Shown: positions 8,665-16,505, numbered from the stretch's first letter. The stretch is DNA of 34,457 nucleotides from an uncultured Candidatus Saccharibacteria bacterium (GCA_964488305.1 CAZAUC010000001.1:3305-37761); one strand, 5' to 3'. Numbers and translations: made by a program. The notes: a model not told the origin generated them from the sequence alone.

Positions 8665-9156
8665 ATGAAAAAGAATTCAAACAAAAGCGAAACAATAAAA
8701 AAGATAGTGGTTAATGTCGGCATTGGAAAAATGAGCCAGCAGCCCAATTTTGAAGAGAAAGTTCTGCCGGAACTGACAAAAGAAATTTCTTTGATTACCG
8801 GCCAGAAACCGGCCATCACCAAGGCCAAAAAATCAATTGCCGGATTTAAAACGAGAGAGGGCCAGACGGTTGGTTTGAAAGTTACCCTGAGACGTCAGCG
8901 GATGTTGGATTTCTTGGAAAGATTGAATAAAATTGTCTTACCCAGGCTGAGAGATTTCCGCGGAATCAATTTGAAGAGCGTGGACAATAAGGGAAATTTG
9001 AACATCGGTTTGCGGGAGCAAATGGTCTTTCCAGAAATAAACCCTGAATCTTCCAGGATTGATTTTGGCCTGGAAATCACGATTGTCGGCGACACCAAGA
9101 ACAGGGAAGAGGCAATACAATCATTCAGAAATATGGGAATACCATTAAAAAAGTAA
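8665..9156 (+). CDS. rplE: 50S ribosomal protein L5 (short N-terminus)
   Basis: KKIVVNVGIGK...ITKAKKSIAGFKTREGQTVGLKVTLR...RDFRG motifs. No in-frame start lies further upstream. Confidence 0.92.
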   Translation: MKKNSNKSETIKKIVVNVGIGKMSQQPNFEEKVLPELTKEISLITGQKPAITKAKKSIAGFKTREGQTVGLKVTLRRQRMLDFLERLNKIVLPRLRDFRGINLKSVDNKGNLNIGLREQMVFPEINPESSRIDFGLEITIVGDTKNREEAIQSFRNMGIPLKK

Positions 9157-9317
9157 AGGGCTTGATTTGAATTTTTCAGTTTGCCGAAGGCAAACGGAAA
9201 AATTCAACATTCAAGCCTTTACCGAGCACATAGTATTGTTTTATAACCTTAGTGGTAATTTACAAATAAAACAAACAATTTTAAAGAATTTCTGTTAGAC
9301 AATACTATGTGCTCGGT
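9157..9317 (+). repeat. divergent paralogue of the post-stop element (two long hairpins) in the rplE-rpsN spacer
   Basis: Hairpin 1 spans about 9157-9220 (gggcttgatttgaattttt...aaaaattcaacattcaagccc-like). Hairpin 2 is a perfect 19-bp inverted repeat, accgagcacatagtattgt (9221-9239) with acaatactatgtgctcggt (9299-9317). Confidence 0.75.
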
Positions 9318-9376
9318 GCTCAATCTTATGATAAAATTTATTTCACCAAAGGTTCATAAATTTAAATAACATTGGC

Positions 9377-9562
9377 ATGGCAAAAAAATCAGTTATTGCG
9401 CGAGCAAAGAAAAAACCAAAATATTCCACACGGGTTGTCCGCCGCTGTTTTAAATGCGGTCGCAAACGCGGCTATCTGGGTGATTTCGGGTTGTGTCGGA
9501 TTTGTTTCAGGGAAATGGCAAGTCGCGGAGAGATACCCGGCGTTAAAAAAGCGTCATGGTAA
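9377..9562 (+). CDS. rpsN: 30S ribosomal protein S14, type Z (zinc-binding)
   Basis: 61 aa with [10 protein letters not shown]...CRICFRE, giving two CxxC pairs. Confidence 0.95.
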   Translation: MAKKSVIARAKKKPKYSTRVVRRCFKCGRKRGYLGDFGLCRICFREMASRGEIPGVKKASW

Positions 9563-9769
9563 GGGCTTGGTCCCCGCTAAGCGGGGCTACCAAACCTTTA
9601 CCCAGCCCTTTCTATAAAAAACGTCAGAAAGGGCTGGGTGCTCAGTTTTATCACCCCGCCAAAATTTCAACATAATATAATGGTAGATTTTAAGATAAAA
9701 ATATTTTATTGTTTATCGTACCACCCCGCTAAATTCAAAGAAATTTAGGCGGGGATAAAAATGGCATGT
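9556..9769 (+). repeat. 214-bp structured intergenic element, copy 1 (rpsN-rpsH spacer)
   Basis: Read base by base as identical to 10140-10353. It includes the upstream gene's last sense codon (TGG) and TAA stop codon and the downstream gene's ATG. Confidence 0.95.
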
Positions 9770-10146
9770 ATATACAATTATTAACTCAACTTAAGAATGG
9801 CCAGTTGGTGAAAAAAGAAAGCGTTAAAGCCGCTTATTCCGTGATGGATGAAAAAATTTTAAAATTATTGAAAGAAAATGGTTATATTAAAGATTTTGAA
9901 AAAAAAGGAAGGGGAGCGAAGAAAATATTGGACGTTAAACTGAAATATGACAATGGCCAAGGGGTAATCTCCGGAATTAAATTTATCAGCAAACCGTCGT
10001 GCCGGATTTATATAGGTTATAAAGAAATAAAACCGGTTAAACACGGTTATGGATTACTGATAATTTCAACTCCCCGGGGGATTATAACTAATAAACAGGC
10101 GAGAAAAATGAAGGTCGGCGGCGAGGCATTATTTAAAATATGGTAA
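9766..10146 (+). CDS. rpsH: 30S ribosomal protein S8
   Basis: 126 aa. The C-terminus ...GYGLLIISTPRGIITNKQARKMKVGGEALFKIW is a typical S8 end. Confidence 0.93.
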   Translation: MYIQLLTQLKNGQLVKKESVKAAYSVMDEKILKLLKENGYIKDFEKKGRGAKKILDVKLKYDNGQGVISGIKFISKPSCRIYIGYKEIKPVKHGYGLLIISTPRGIITNKQARKMKVGGEALFKIW

Positions 10147-10353
10147 GGGCTTGGTCCCCGCTAAGCGGGGCTACCAAACCTTTACCCAGCCCTTTCTATA
10201 AAAAACGTCAGAAAGGGCTGGGTGCTCAGTTTTATCACCCCGCCAAAATTTCAACATAATATAATGGTAGATTTTAAGATAAAAATATTTTATTGTTTAT
10301 CGTACCACCCCGCTAAATTCAAAGAAATTTAGGCGGGGATAAAAATGGCATGT
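10140..10353 (+). repeat. 214-bp structured intergenic element, copy 2 (rpsH-rplF spacer)
   Basis: Identical to 9556-9769. Confidence 0.95.
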
Positions 10354-10895
10354 CTAAAATAGGAAAAAAACCAATAATTATTCCCGAAAACGTTGAAGTA
10401 AAAATAAACGGCGGATTTTTGGAATTTAAAGGGAATAACGGAAATTTAAGCGTAAAAATTCCCGTTTATATAAAAGCGGAGATAAAAGAAAAGACGCTTT
10501 CGTTTTCTCCGGAAAATAATTCCAAGCAGGCGCGTGCTAATTGGGGCACAATTAGGTCGCTGGCTTATAACGCTATCGTCGGCTTGACCGAAGGTTTCAA
10601 TAAAAATTTAGAAATTGAAGGAGTCGGTTACCGGGCGAATATGGAAGGAGAAACTCTAGTTTTAAATCTAGGGCTATCTCACCCGATTAAATTTACTCCT
10701 CCCCAAGGCATAAAAATTTCGGTCGAAAAAAACGTTATCAAAATTTCCGGCGTTGACAATGCTTTGGTCGGCCAGGTAGCCGCCAAAATTAGGGCTTTTA
10801 AAAAACCCGAACCCTATAAAGGTAAAGGCATTAGATATCAAGGCGAGGTGGTCAGAAGGAAAGCCGGCAAGAAAGTAGCGGGTACGACTGCCTAA
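10350..10895 (+). CDS. rplF: 50S ribosomal protein L6
   Basis: MSKIGKKPIIIPENVEVKING... and ...KPEPYKGKGIRYQGEVVRRKAGK. Confidence 0.95.
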   Translation: MSKIGKKPIIIPENVEVKINGGFLEFKGNNGNLSVKIPVYIKAEIKEKTLSFSPENNSKQARANWGTIRSLAYNAIVGLTEGFNKNLEIEGVGYRANMEGETLVLNLGLSHPIKFTPPQGIKISVEKNVIKISGVDNALVGQVAAKIRAFKKPEPYKGKGIRYQGEVVRRKAGKKVAGTTA

Positions 10896-10914
10896 AAACG
10901 AAAAATTTACTGTT

Positions 10915-11286
10915 ATGGCAAATCAAAAAAAGAAATTAAACAAGACGAGAGAATGCAGAAAGCGGCGGACGCGGGCCAAAATTTTCGGTACGAGCGACAA
11001 ACCCCGCCTGTCGGTTTTTCGGAGCAACCGTTACGTTTACGCGCAGTTGATTGACGATTCAGTCGGTAAAACAATAGTCGGCGTCTCAACGCGGGAGCTG
11101 GAAAAATCGAAAGGCAAAGAGAAAAATTCTAAAGTTATATTATCCGGGCAATTGGGAGAGTTGATTGCTCAAAAAGCCCTTGAAAAAGGCGTGAAAAAAG
11201 CGGTTTTTGACCGGGGTAATTACAAATATCACGGCAGGACTAAAGCGGTGGCCGAAGGCGCCAGAAAAGGCGGGCTACAGTTTTAG
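10915..11286 (+). CDS. rplR: 50S ribosomal protein L18
   Basis: KPRLSVFRSNRYVYAQLIDD...FDRGNYKYHGRTKAVAEGARKGGLQF. Confidence 0.95.
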   Translation: MANQKKKLNKTRECRKRRTRAKIFGTSDKPRLSVFRSNRYVYAQLIDDSVGKTIVGVSTRELEKSKGKEKNSKVILSGQLGELIAQKALEKGVKKAVFDRGNYKYHGRTKAVAEGARKGGLQF

Positions 11287-11325
11287 TTATTTAGTTAATT
11301 AGTTATTAGTTGATTAGTTAATACT

Positions 11326-11808
11326 ATGCGGGAATTAAAAAAACAAAGTGAATTCAAAGAAAAAGTCATTGATTTGAGACGTGTTACGCGGGTGGTGGCA
11401 GGCGGTAAAAGATTTCGTTTTCGGACGACAGTAATTATTGGTGATGAAAAAGGCAGAGTGGGAGTGGGTATTGCCAAGGGAGTTGACGTGGCCCAATCGG
11501 TTGAAAAAGCCAAGGTCAGCGCCAAAAAGAGACTGATGAGGATTCCTCTTAAAGACAGAACCATTCCTTATGAAGTGGAGGCAAAATTCAGCGCCGCCCG
11601 GGTAATGATTAAGCCGGCTCGGAAAGGCCACGGTCTTAAGGCGGGCGGAGCAGTCAGGGCGGTTTTGCTTTTGGCTGGAATAAGAGACGCTACTGCTAAG
11701 TGTTTGGGCGGCACGAAAAATAAACTGACTAATGCGATGGCAACAATGAGAGCGTTAAAAAAATTAAAAATTGAAAAATCAAAAATCAAAATGACAATGA
11801 AAAATTAA
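11326..11808 (+). CDS. rpsE: 30S ribosomal protein S5
   Basis: VIDLRRVTRVVAGGKRFRFRTTVIIGD...GHGLKAGGAVRAVLLLAGI. The last approximately 15 codons lie inside an AT-rich repeat element. Confidence 0.94.
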   Translation: MRELKKQSEFKEKVIDLRRVTRVVAGGKRFRFRTTVIIGDEKGRVGVGIAKGVDVAQSVEKAKVSAKKRLMRIPLKDRTIPYEVEAKFSAARVMIKPARKGHGLKAGGAVRAVLLLAGIRDATAKCLGGTKNKLTNAMATMRALKKLKIEKSKIKMTMKN

Positions 11809-11888
11809 AAATTGGCAAACGTTAAAATATTTTCGCCAATGGCGAAATACCTAAATTTTACATTTTGATATTTACATTTTGAATTTTA
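11756..11888 (+). repeat. AT-rich MITE-like repeat, copy B (rpsE 3' end to rplO)
   Basis: Same element as 4200-4327 apart from a few substitutions and indels. The rpsE stop codon (11806-11808) lies inside it. Confidence 0.85.
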
Positions 11889-11892
11889 TATC

Positions 11893-12318
11893 ATGCAATT
11901 ACACCAAATTAGACCAAAATATAAAATTAAATCAAAAAAACGCATCGGCCGCGGAGGTAAGCGCGGCACTTATTCCGGTAAGGGAATGAAAGGCCAGAAG
12001 TCAAGAGCGGGTCATAGAATCAGGCCTGCCAAAAGGGATTTAATTCAGCGTTTGCCAAAACTGCGCGGTTCTAAATTTAAGCCAATTAAGCCCAAGCCAG
12101 TCATTATAAACATTGATAATTTGGCGGGGAAAATTAAAAGCGATATAATTAACAGAGAAAGTCTGCTTCAAGCCGGCCTAATCAGGAAATCCGATAAGCG
12201 AATAAAAATTTTGGGACCAAAAAAGAGAAAGATAGAAAGAGTTTTTCAGATTGAGGGCTTGGAAATTTCCGGGAAATTAAAAAAGGCGATTGAAGAGGTC
12301 AATGGTAGCGTAAAATAA
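11893..12318 (+). CDS. rplO: 50S ribosomal protein L15
   Basis: RIGRGGKRGTYSGKGMKGQKSRAGH motif. Directly follows rpsE with no L30 gene between them. Confidence 0.94.
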   Translation: MQLHQIRPKYKIKSKKRIGRGGKRGTYSGKGMKGQKSRAGHRIRPAKRDLIQRLPKLRGSKFKPIKPKPVIINIDNLAGKIKSDIINRESLLQAGLIRKSDKRIKILGPKKRKIERVFQIEGLEISGKLKKAIEEVNGSVK

Positions 12319-12434
12319 ACAATTTTTCATCAACCTTTCTCTATCTTTCTCGCGCTAAAGCGCATATCTCAAAAAAGATAAAAATAGAAATAAGCTCGGC
12401 TTAAGCGCCTCGCGAGAAAAATAGAGAAAATTAT

Positions 12435-13703
12435 ATGTCTAAAATACTTCAGCTTTTTAAAATTAAAGACCTCCGCAATAAAATTTTGATGGTGGCTTTT
12501 TTATTGTTGTGTTTCCGGGCTTTGGCGGCCATCCCCATCCCGTCGGTTGACGCTTTAAAGTTGAGTGAATTTTTTTCCAGTAACCAGTTATTCGGCTTCT
12601 TGAACATTTTTTCCGGCGGCGCCCTGGATAATCTGTCCATCGTTATGCTTGGAGTGGCTCCCTACATTACCGCCACCATCATTATGCAGCTTTTAACGAT
12701 GATTTTTCCCGCGCTAAAAGCGATGTATTACGAAGAAGGAGCGGCTGGCCGGGCGAAATTTAACCGTTATTCGCGCTACCTGACGGTTCCTTTAGCCGTG
12801 CTTCAGGGCTACGGATTCCTGAACATTCTGATTTCTCAAGGCGTCATTTCCCAATTATCGCTGTTTGATTTAATCAAGAACGTTGTCATAATCACGGCCG
12901 GAACCATGGTTATGATTTGGATTGGCGAATTAATCAGTGAACGGAAAATAGGCAACGGCATTTCTTTGATAATCTTCGCCGGCATCGTCAGCCGGCTGCC
13001 GGCCAGTTTAAGGCAGGCAATCATTGGTTATACTCCGGAAACCCTGCCTACCTATCTTGTTTTCGCCGTGGTGGCGGTTTTGGTCATTGCCGGAGTGGTG
13101 TTCATCAATGAAGGCGAGCGAAAAATACCGATTGCTTACGCCAAAAGAGTCCGGGGGATGAAAATGTACGGCGGCGCTTCAAGTTATTTGCCGCTTAAGG
13201 TCAATCAGGCCGGAGTCATTCCCATTATTTTTGCCCTGTCCATTTTGCTTTTCCCGCAGTTCATCGCTCAGGCCAGTGCCATTTTCTCGCACGATTTGTC
13301 TTTAAAGCTTAATGATTTGGCGGCTTATCTTTTTAATAACCAATATATTTACAGCTTGTTTTATTTCTTGATGGTGGTGCTTTTTACTTATTTTTATACG
13401 GCGGTTACTTTTGACCCGAAAGAAATATCAAAAAATCTTCAGAGGGCAGGGGGATTCGTGGCCGGCGTCAGACCGGGTGATTCCACTTCAACCTTTCTTT
13501 CTAAAATTCTTAGCCGCTTGACCCTCTCGGGAGCACTGTTTTTGGGTTTGATAGCAATTCTGCCTAACATAACGCGGATGGTCACCGGCGTCGCGATTCT
13601 AACAATCGGCGGTACTGCGATTTTGATTGTCGTTTCAGTGGCTTTGGAAACCATTAAGCAGATAAATTCCCAACTAGTCGTCAGAGAATATGAAGAACTC
13701 TAA
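12435..13703 (+). CDS. secY: preprotein translocase subunit SecY
   Basis: 422-aa polytopic protein with LGVAPYITATIIMQLL and GNGISLIIFAGIVS motifs. Confidence 0.97.
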   Translation: MSKILQLFKIKDLRNKILMVAFLLLCFRALAAIPIPSVDALKLSEFFSSNQLFGFLNIFSGGALDNLSIVMLGVAPYITATIIMQLLTMIFPALKAMYYEEGAAGRAKFNRYSRYLTVPLAVLQGYGFLNILISQGVISQLSLFDLIKNVVIITAGTMVMIWIGELISERKIGNGISLIIFAGIVSRLPASLRQAIIGYTPETLPTYLVFAVVAVLVIAGVVFINEGERKIPIAYAKRVRGMKMYGGASSYLPLKVNQAGVIPIIFALSILLFPQFIAQASAIFSHDLSLKLNDLAAYLFNNQYIYSLFYFLMVVLFTYFYTAVTFDPKEISKNLQRAGGFVAGVRPGDSTSTFLSKILSRLTLSGALFLGLIAILPNITRMVTGVAILTIGGTAILIVVSVALETIKQINSQLVVREYEEL

Positions 13704-14448
13704 CAAAAATGGTAAAATTGGCGTCATGATTTTTGGACCGCAAGGTTCTGGCAAGGGAACGCAGGCAAAATTACTGGCCGATAAATTTGATTTATTTCAA
13801 TTTGATACGGGAGGTTATTTGAGGAAACTGCTGTACGACCCGAAATTTCGAAAAAACAAAATTATCCAGCGGGAAAGGAGATTGAATGAAGCCGGAAAAC
13901 TTAATAGCGAGCTTTGGCTTACGAAAATTGTCGGTAAGAGATTTGAGGAATTAATTAGATTAGGGCAAAGCATTGTCACCGAGGGTTTCCCACGCACTGT
14001 TTTCGAAACTTTTGGCGACCCGCCCGCCTTGACTTCGTCAAGACGAAGTCGGGCAGGTAAAAAAATAAGAGGAGCAATTGATATTTTTAAAAAAGGCTAT
14101 GGCAGGAACAATATCTTTATTTTTCTTTTAGAAATACCGGAAAAAGAATCAATTAAAAGACTTACCCAGCGACTTACATGTTCTGTTTGTAAAGCCCTTT
14201 TATTAAGTCCTAAATTCCAAGCTAAAAATTTCAAATTCAAAATGTGCCCTTTTTGCGGCGGTAAAATAGTCCATCGGGTTGATGATAACAAAAAGACTAT
14301 TTTGGTAAGATTGAAAGAGTATAAAGAGCGGACCCAGCCGATTTTCAAGGAATTAAAAAAGAGGGGATATAAAATTCACAGAATTGACGGCACAGCAATG
14401 CCTTATAAAGTTCACGAGGTCATATGTAAAAAATTAAAACGACTATAA
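13690..14448 (+). CDS. adk: adenylate kinase with 4-Cys zinc lid and an in-frame palindromic segment
   Basis: P-loop GPQGSGKGTQA, the GFPRT motif, and lid cysteines CSVC...CPFCGG. An alternative start is at 13726 (MIFGP...). Overlaps the secY 3' end by 14 nt. Confidence 0.88.
   Translation: MKNSNKNGKIGVMIFGPQGSGKGTQAKLLADKFDLFQFDTGGYLRKLLYDPKFRKNKIIQRERRLNEAGKLNSELWLTKIVGKRFEELIRLGQSIVTEGFPRTVFETFGDPPALTSSRRSRAGKKIRGAIDIFKKGYGRNNIFIFLLEIPEKESIKRLTQRLTCSVCKALLLSPKFQAKNFKFKMCPFCGGKIVHRVDDNKKTILVRLKEYKERTQPIFKELKKRGYKIHRIDGTAMPYKVHEVICKKLKRL
14023..14057 (+). repeat. GC-rich palindrome inside the adk coding sequence
   Basis: cccgccttgacttcgtc aa gacgaagtcgggcagg. It encodes part of GDPPALTSSRRSRAGKK, between the GFPRT motif and the lid. 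Confidence 0.7.
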
Positions 14449-14512
14449 CCCATACGATAATTACCAGTGTTATGCTGTAGCATAACACTATGACGTGTCA
14501 TAGTGATTAGAA

Positions 14513-15277
14513 ATGCCGATTACTTTAAAATCTCAAAAAGAAATTCAAGGTATTGCAGCGGCCGGGAAAATTTTGGCTAAAGTTCTTCAGCGGCTTAAAA
14601 AAGAAGCGAAAGCCGGAATCAAGTTAAGCCAGTTGAACAAATTGGCATATCAATTAACCAGAGAACAAGGAGCCCAGCCGGCTTTTTTGGGTTATAAACC
14701 GGACGGCGCGGCCAAGCCGTTCGGCGCTTCAATTTGCGCTTCCGTTAACGAGGTAGTGGTTCACGGTTTTCCTTCGGATTACAAACTTAAATCAGGCGAT
14801 ATTCTAAAACTTGATTTCGGAGTGGAATATAAAAAATTTTTTGCCGATGCGGCCATAAGCATTGCCATTGGCGCTGTTTCGCAGGAAGCAAAAGTTTTGA
14901 TTAAGGCCACCAATCTGGCTTTAAGAAGAGCGATTAAAATGGCCAGGGCCGGCAATACCTTGGGAGATATTGGCTGGGCAATTAAGAGAACGGCTGAAGC
15001 AAAGAAATTAAAAACAATTAAAGAGCTAACCGGCCACGGCGTTGGCTTTGAACTTCACGAGGAGCCCACTATTTATAATTTTGGCAGAAGGGGCGAGGGA
15101 ATCAAACTGGAGCTGGGAATGGTTTTGGCAATTGAACCAATGCTGGCCATTGGCACGGACAAAATCACTCAGAGGCCGGATGAAAGCTGGGCCACGGCTG
15201 ATAATTCACTTGCGGCTCATTTTGAACACACAATAGCAATTACCAAGAAAGGGCCGTTGGTATTGACAAAAATATAA
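14513..15277 (+). CDS. map: type I methionine aminopeptidase
   Basis: VVHGFP...LKLDFG...GHGVGFELHEEP...LAIEPM...HFEHTI metal-ligand motifs. Confidence 0.95.
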   Translation: MPITLKSQKEIQGIAAAGKILAKVLQRLKKEAKAGIKLSQLNKLAYQLTREQGAQPAFLGYKPDGAAKPFGASICASVNEVVVHGFPSDYKLKSGDILKLDFGVEYKKFFADAAISIAIGAVSQEAKVLIKATNLALRRAIKMARAGNTLGDIGWAIKRTAEAKKLKTIKELTGHGVGFELHEEPTIYNFGRRGEGIKLELGMVLAIEPMLAIGTDKITQRPDESWATADNSLAAHFEHTIAITKKGPLVLTKI

Positions 15278-15383
15278 AGATATGATAATATGAGCTAAAG
15301 GTGAAAGGCTCATTGTGAGCGACCCGTATAGGCGGGGTAATAAAAGAGCCGACGGCTCTTTAAAAAAAGATAGGAGGTATGCC

Positions 15384-16145
15384 ATGAAAAATATGGTGAG
15401 CCGCACCCTGTCGGTGCACAAGGAGCACGAGCTCCTACTGAAACTGGAGACCGCAGGTCTCACAGAACCCCTTGCCCAGAAAGTTATTAGCTCGAAGGGT
15501 AACGAACTCGCTGCGAAAGTGGTGAAGTTCATTCAGAACGGCGGCTTTGAACCGACAACCAGCCAGAAGCGTGCCCGTGAAATTATGGGCAAGAACATGT
15601 TCGGTGTCGAGGAAGCTATCCAGTATTTCGGGGTTAACCCGACCCGCCAGCAAACCCTTGTTTTGTCGGAGATTCCTTTCTCTGAAGACGTACTCCAAAA
15701 AGCAAAGGATACTCACGTTCTGATAGCCGTCTTTCCGCTCTCGGTTCTCGAGATTCGCGGGAAAGTGGATTCCAAGTTGTTCTACAGCCAGTCGTGGTAT
15801 AACAAAGAATCATTCGCCAAGGAACGCGGTGAAATAAGTTGGCAACTGGTTCGCAAGACGCCGGTGGACAACTCCACCTCAAAGAACTGGGAAGAGCAAT
15901 TAGTTTTTATTTCAGAAGAGGACGAAGTTCCGACAGCCCAAGTGATGGTTTATACCATCATCGGTCATTATCTGGATACTGGCGAACGTCTGTTCGAGCA
16001 CATCTACGTCCGAACATCATCTGTGGATTCGGATGGCCGCCGTGTTGACGTCGGCAACTTCGTTTCGTATGGTCTCTATGTCAGCCACTACTGGGATGGC
16101 CTCAGCAGTGACGACATCGGTGTCTCGTCCGCTCGGAAGTTCTGA
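15384..16145 (+). CDS. DGR variable (target) protein with C-terminal CLec-like VR and no signal peptide
   Basis: ATG at 15384 is preceded by AGGAGG at 15373-15378. The ORF track instead starts at GTG 15315. The C-terminus ...YWDGLSSDDIGVSSARKF carries the VR. The gene is visibly more G+C-rich than its neighbours. Confidence 0.8.
   Translation: MKNMVSRTLSVHKEHELLLKLETAGLTEPLAQKVISSKGNELAAKVVKFIQNGGFEPTTSQKRAREIMGKNMFGVEEAIQYFGVNPTRQQTLVLSEIPFSEDVLQKAKDTHVLIAVFPLSVLEIRGKVDSKLFYSQSWYNKESFAKERGEISWQLVRKTPVDNSTSKNWEEQLVFISEEDEVPTAQVMVYTIIGHYLDTGERLFEHIYVRTSSVDSDGRRVDVGNFVSYGLYVSHYWDGLSSDDIGVSSARKF
16022..16143 (+). repeat. DGR variable repeat (VR) including the IMH-like 3' end
   Basis: Matches TR at an offset of 484 nt. 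It differs at 16099, 16101, 16102, 16108 and 16113, where TR has A in every case, and at 16139 (G versus TR C). Confidence 0.9.
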
Positions 16146-16183
16146 ACCTTGAAGACTTGAGAACTTGATTCTCTTGAGTCCTT

Positions 16184-16227
16184 GAGCCTTCGGCGATATT
16201 TTCGCAGGAGGCTCTTTTCTTTTTTTA
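16184..16227 (+). terminator. intrinsic terminator after the target gene
   Basis: gagcct (16184-16189) pairs with aggctc (16209-16214), with an inner gcga/tcgc stem. Followed by a T-rich run at 16215-16227. Confidence 0.6.
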
Positions 16228-16505
16228 AAATATCCTATAAAATACAAACGTCTGCTAATGAAGGTTAGACTACGGTTTAACCTCGCGGGCGTCTCATCTT
16301 TGAGATATCGCCAGAGTATCGTTGTTTACGGATAATGGTAGCGTGTGATAAAAGATGGAGATTGAACTTCTTGCTTGTCTTTAGAGGAGATGTTCTGGAT
16401 TTATTTCAGGGTTGCTCCCGAATAAAATACAGGAATGAGAGGATATAGGTCTTTTAAGGCGGTAAACCTCTATTTCCAGTGACAGGGATGAAGATAGGCA
16501 AATAA

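Noticed and set aside
9372-9617. The 81-aa ORF overlapping rpsN in another frame.
   Set aside because: It overlaps the clearly conserved type-Z S14 frame and then runs into the intergenic repeat. Its sequence shows no conserved features.
9556-10353. The 214-bp direct repeats could be a CRISPR-like or tandem array.
   Set aside because: There are only two copies. They are far longer than CRISPR repeats, and the sequence between them is the intact rpsH gene.
3161-11631. Numerous antisense or alternative-frame ORFs inside r-protein genes, for example 3161-3538, 3583-4044, 5568-5858, 5779-6057, 6352-6744, 6905-7177, 7297-7542, 8595-8828, 11295-11564 and 11335-11631.
   Set aside because: All are shadow frames of strongly conserved r-protein genes. 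They have low-complexity products and no independent start signals.
16396-16414. A 15-nt identical string (tttatttcagggttg; 17 of 19 over a longer span) shared between the VR-TR spacer and the 3' end of the edge gene at 34146-34164. This hinted at a gene fragment inside the DGR spacer.
   Set aside because: In a window of this size, roughly (3.4e4)^2 position pairs on two strands against 4^15 possible 15-mers gives about one exact 15-mer match by chance, and more in AT-rich sequence. The flanking similarity is weak.
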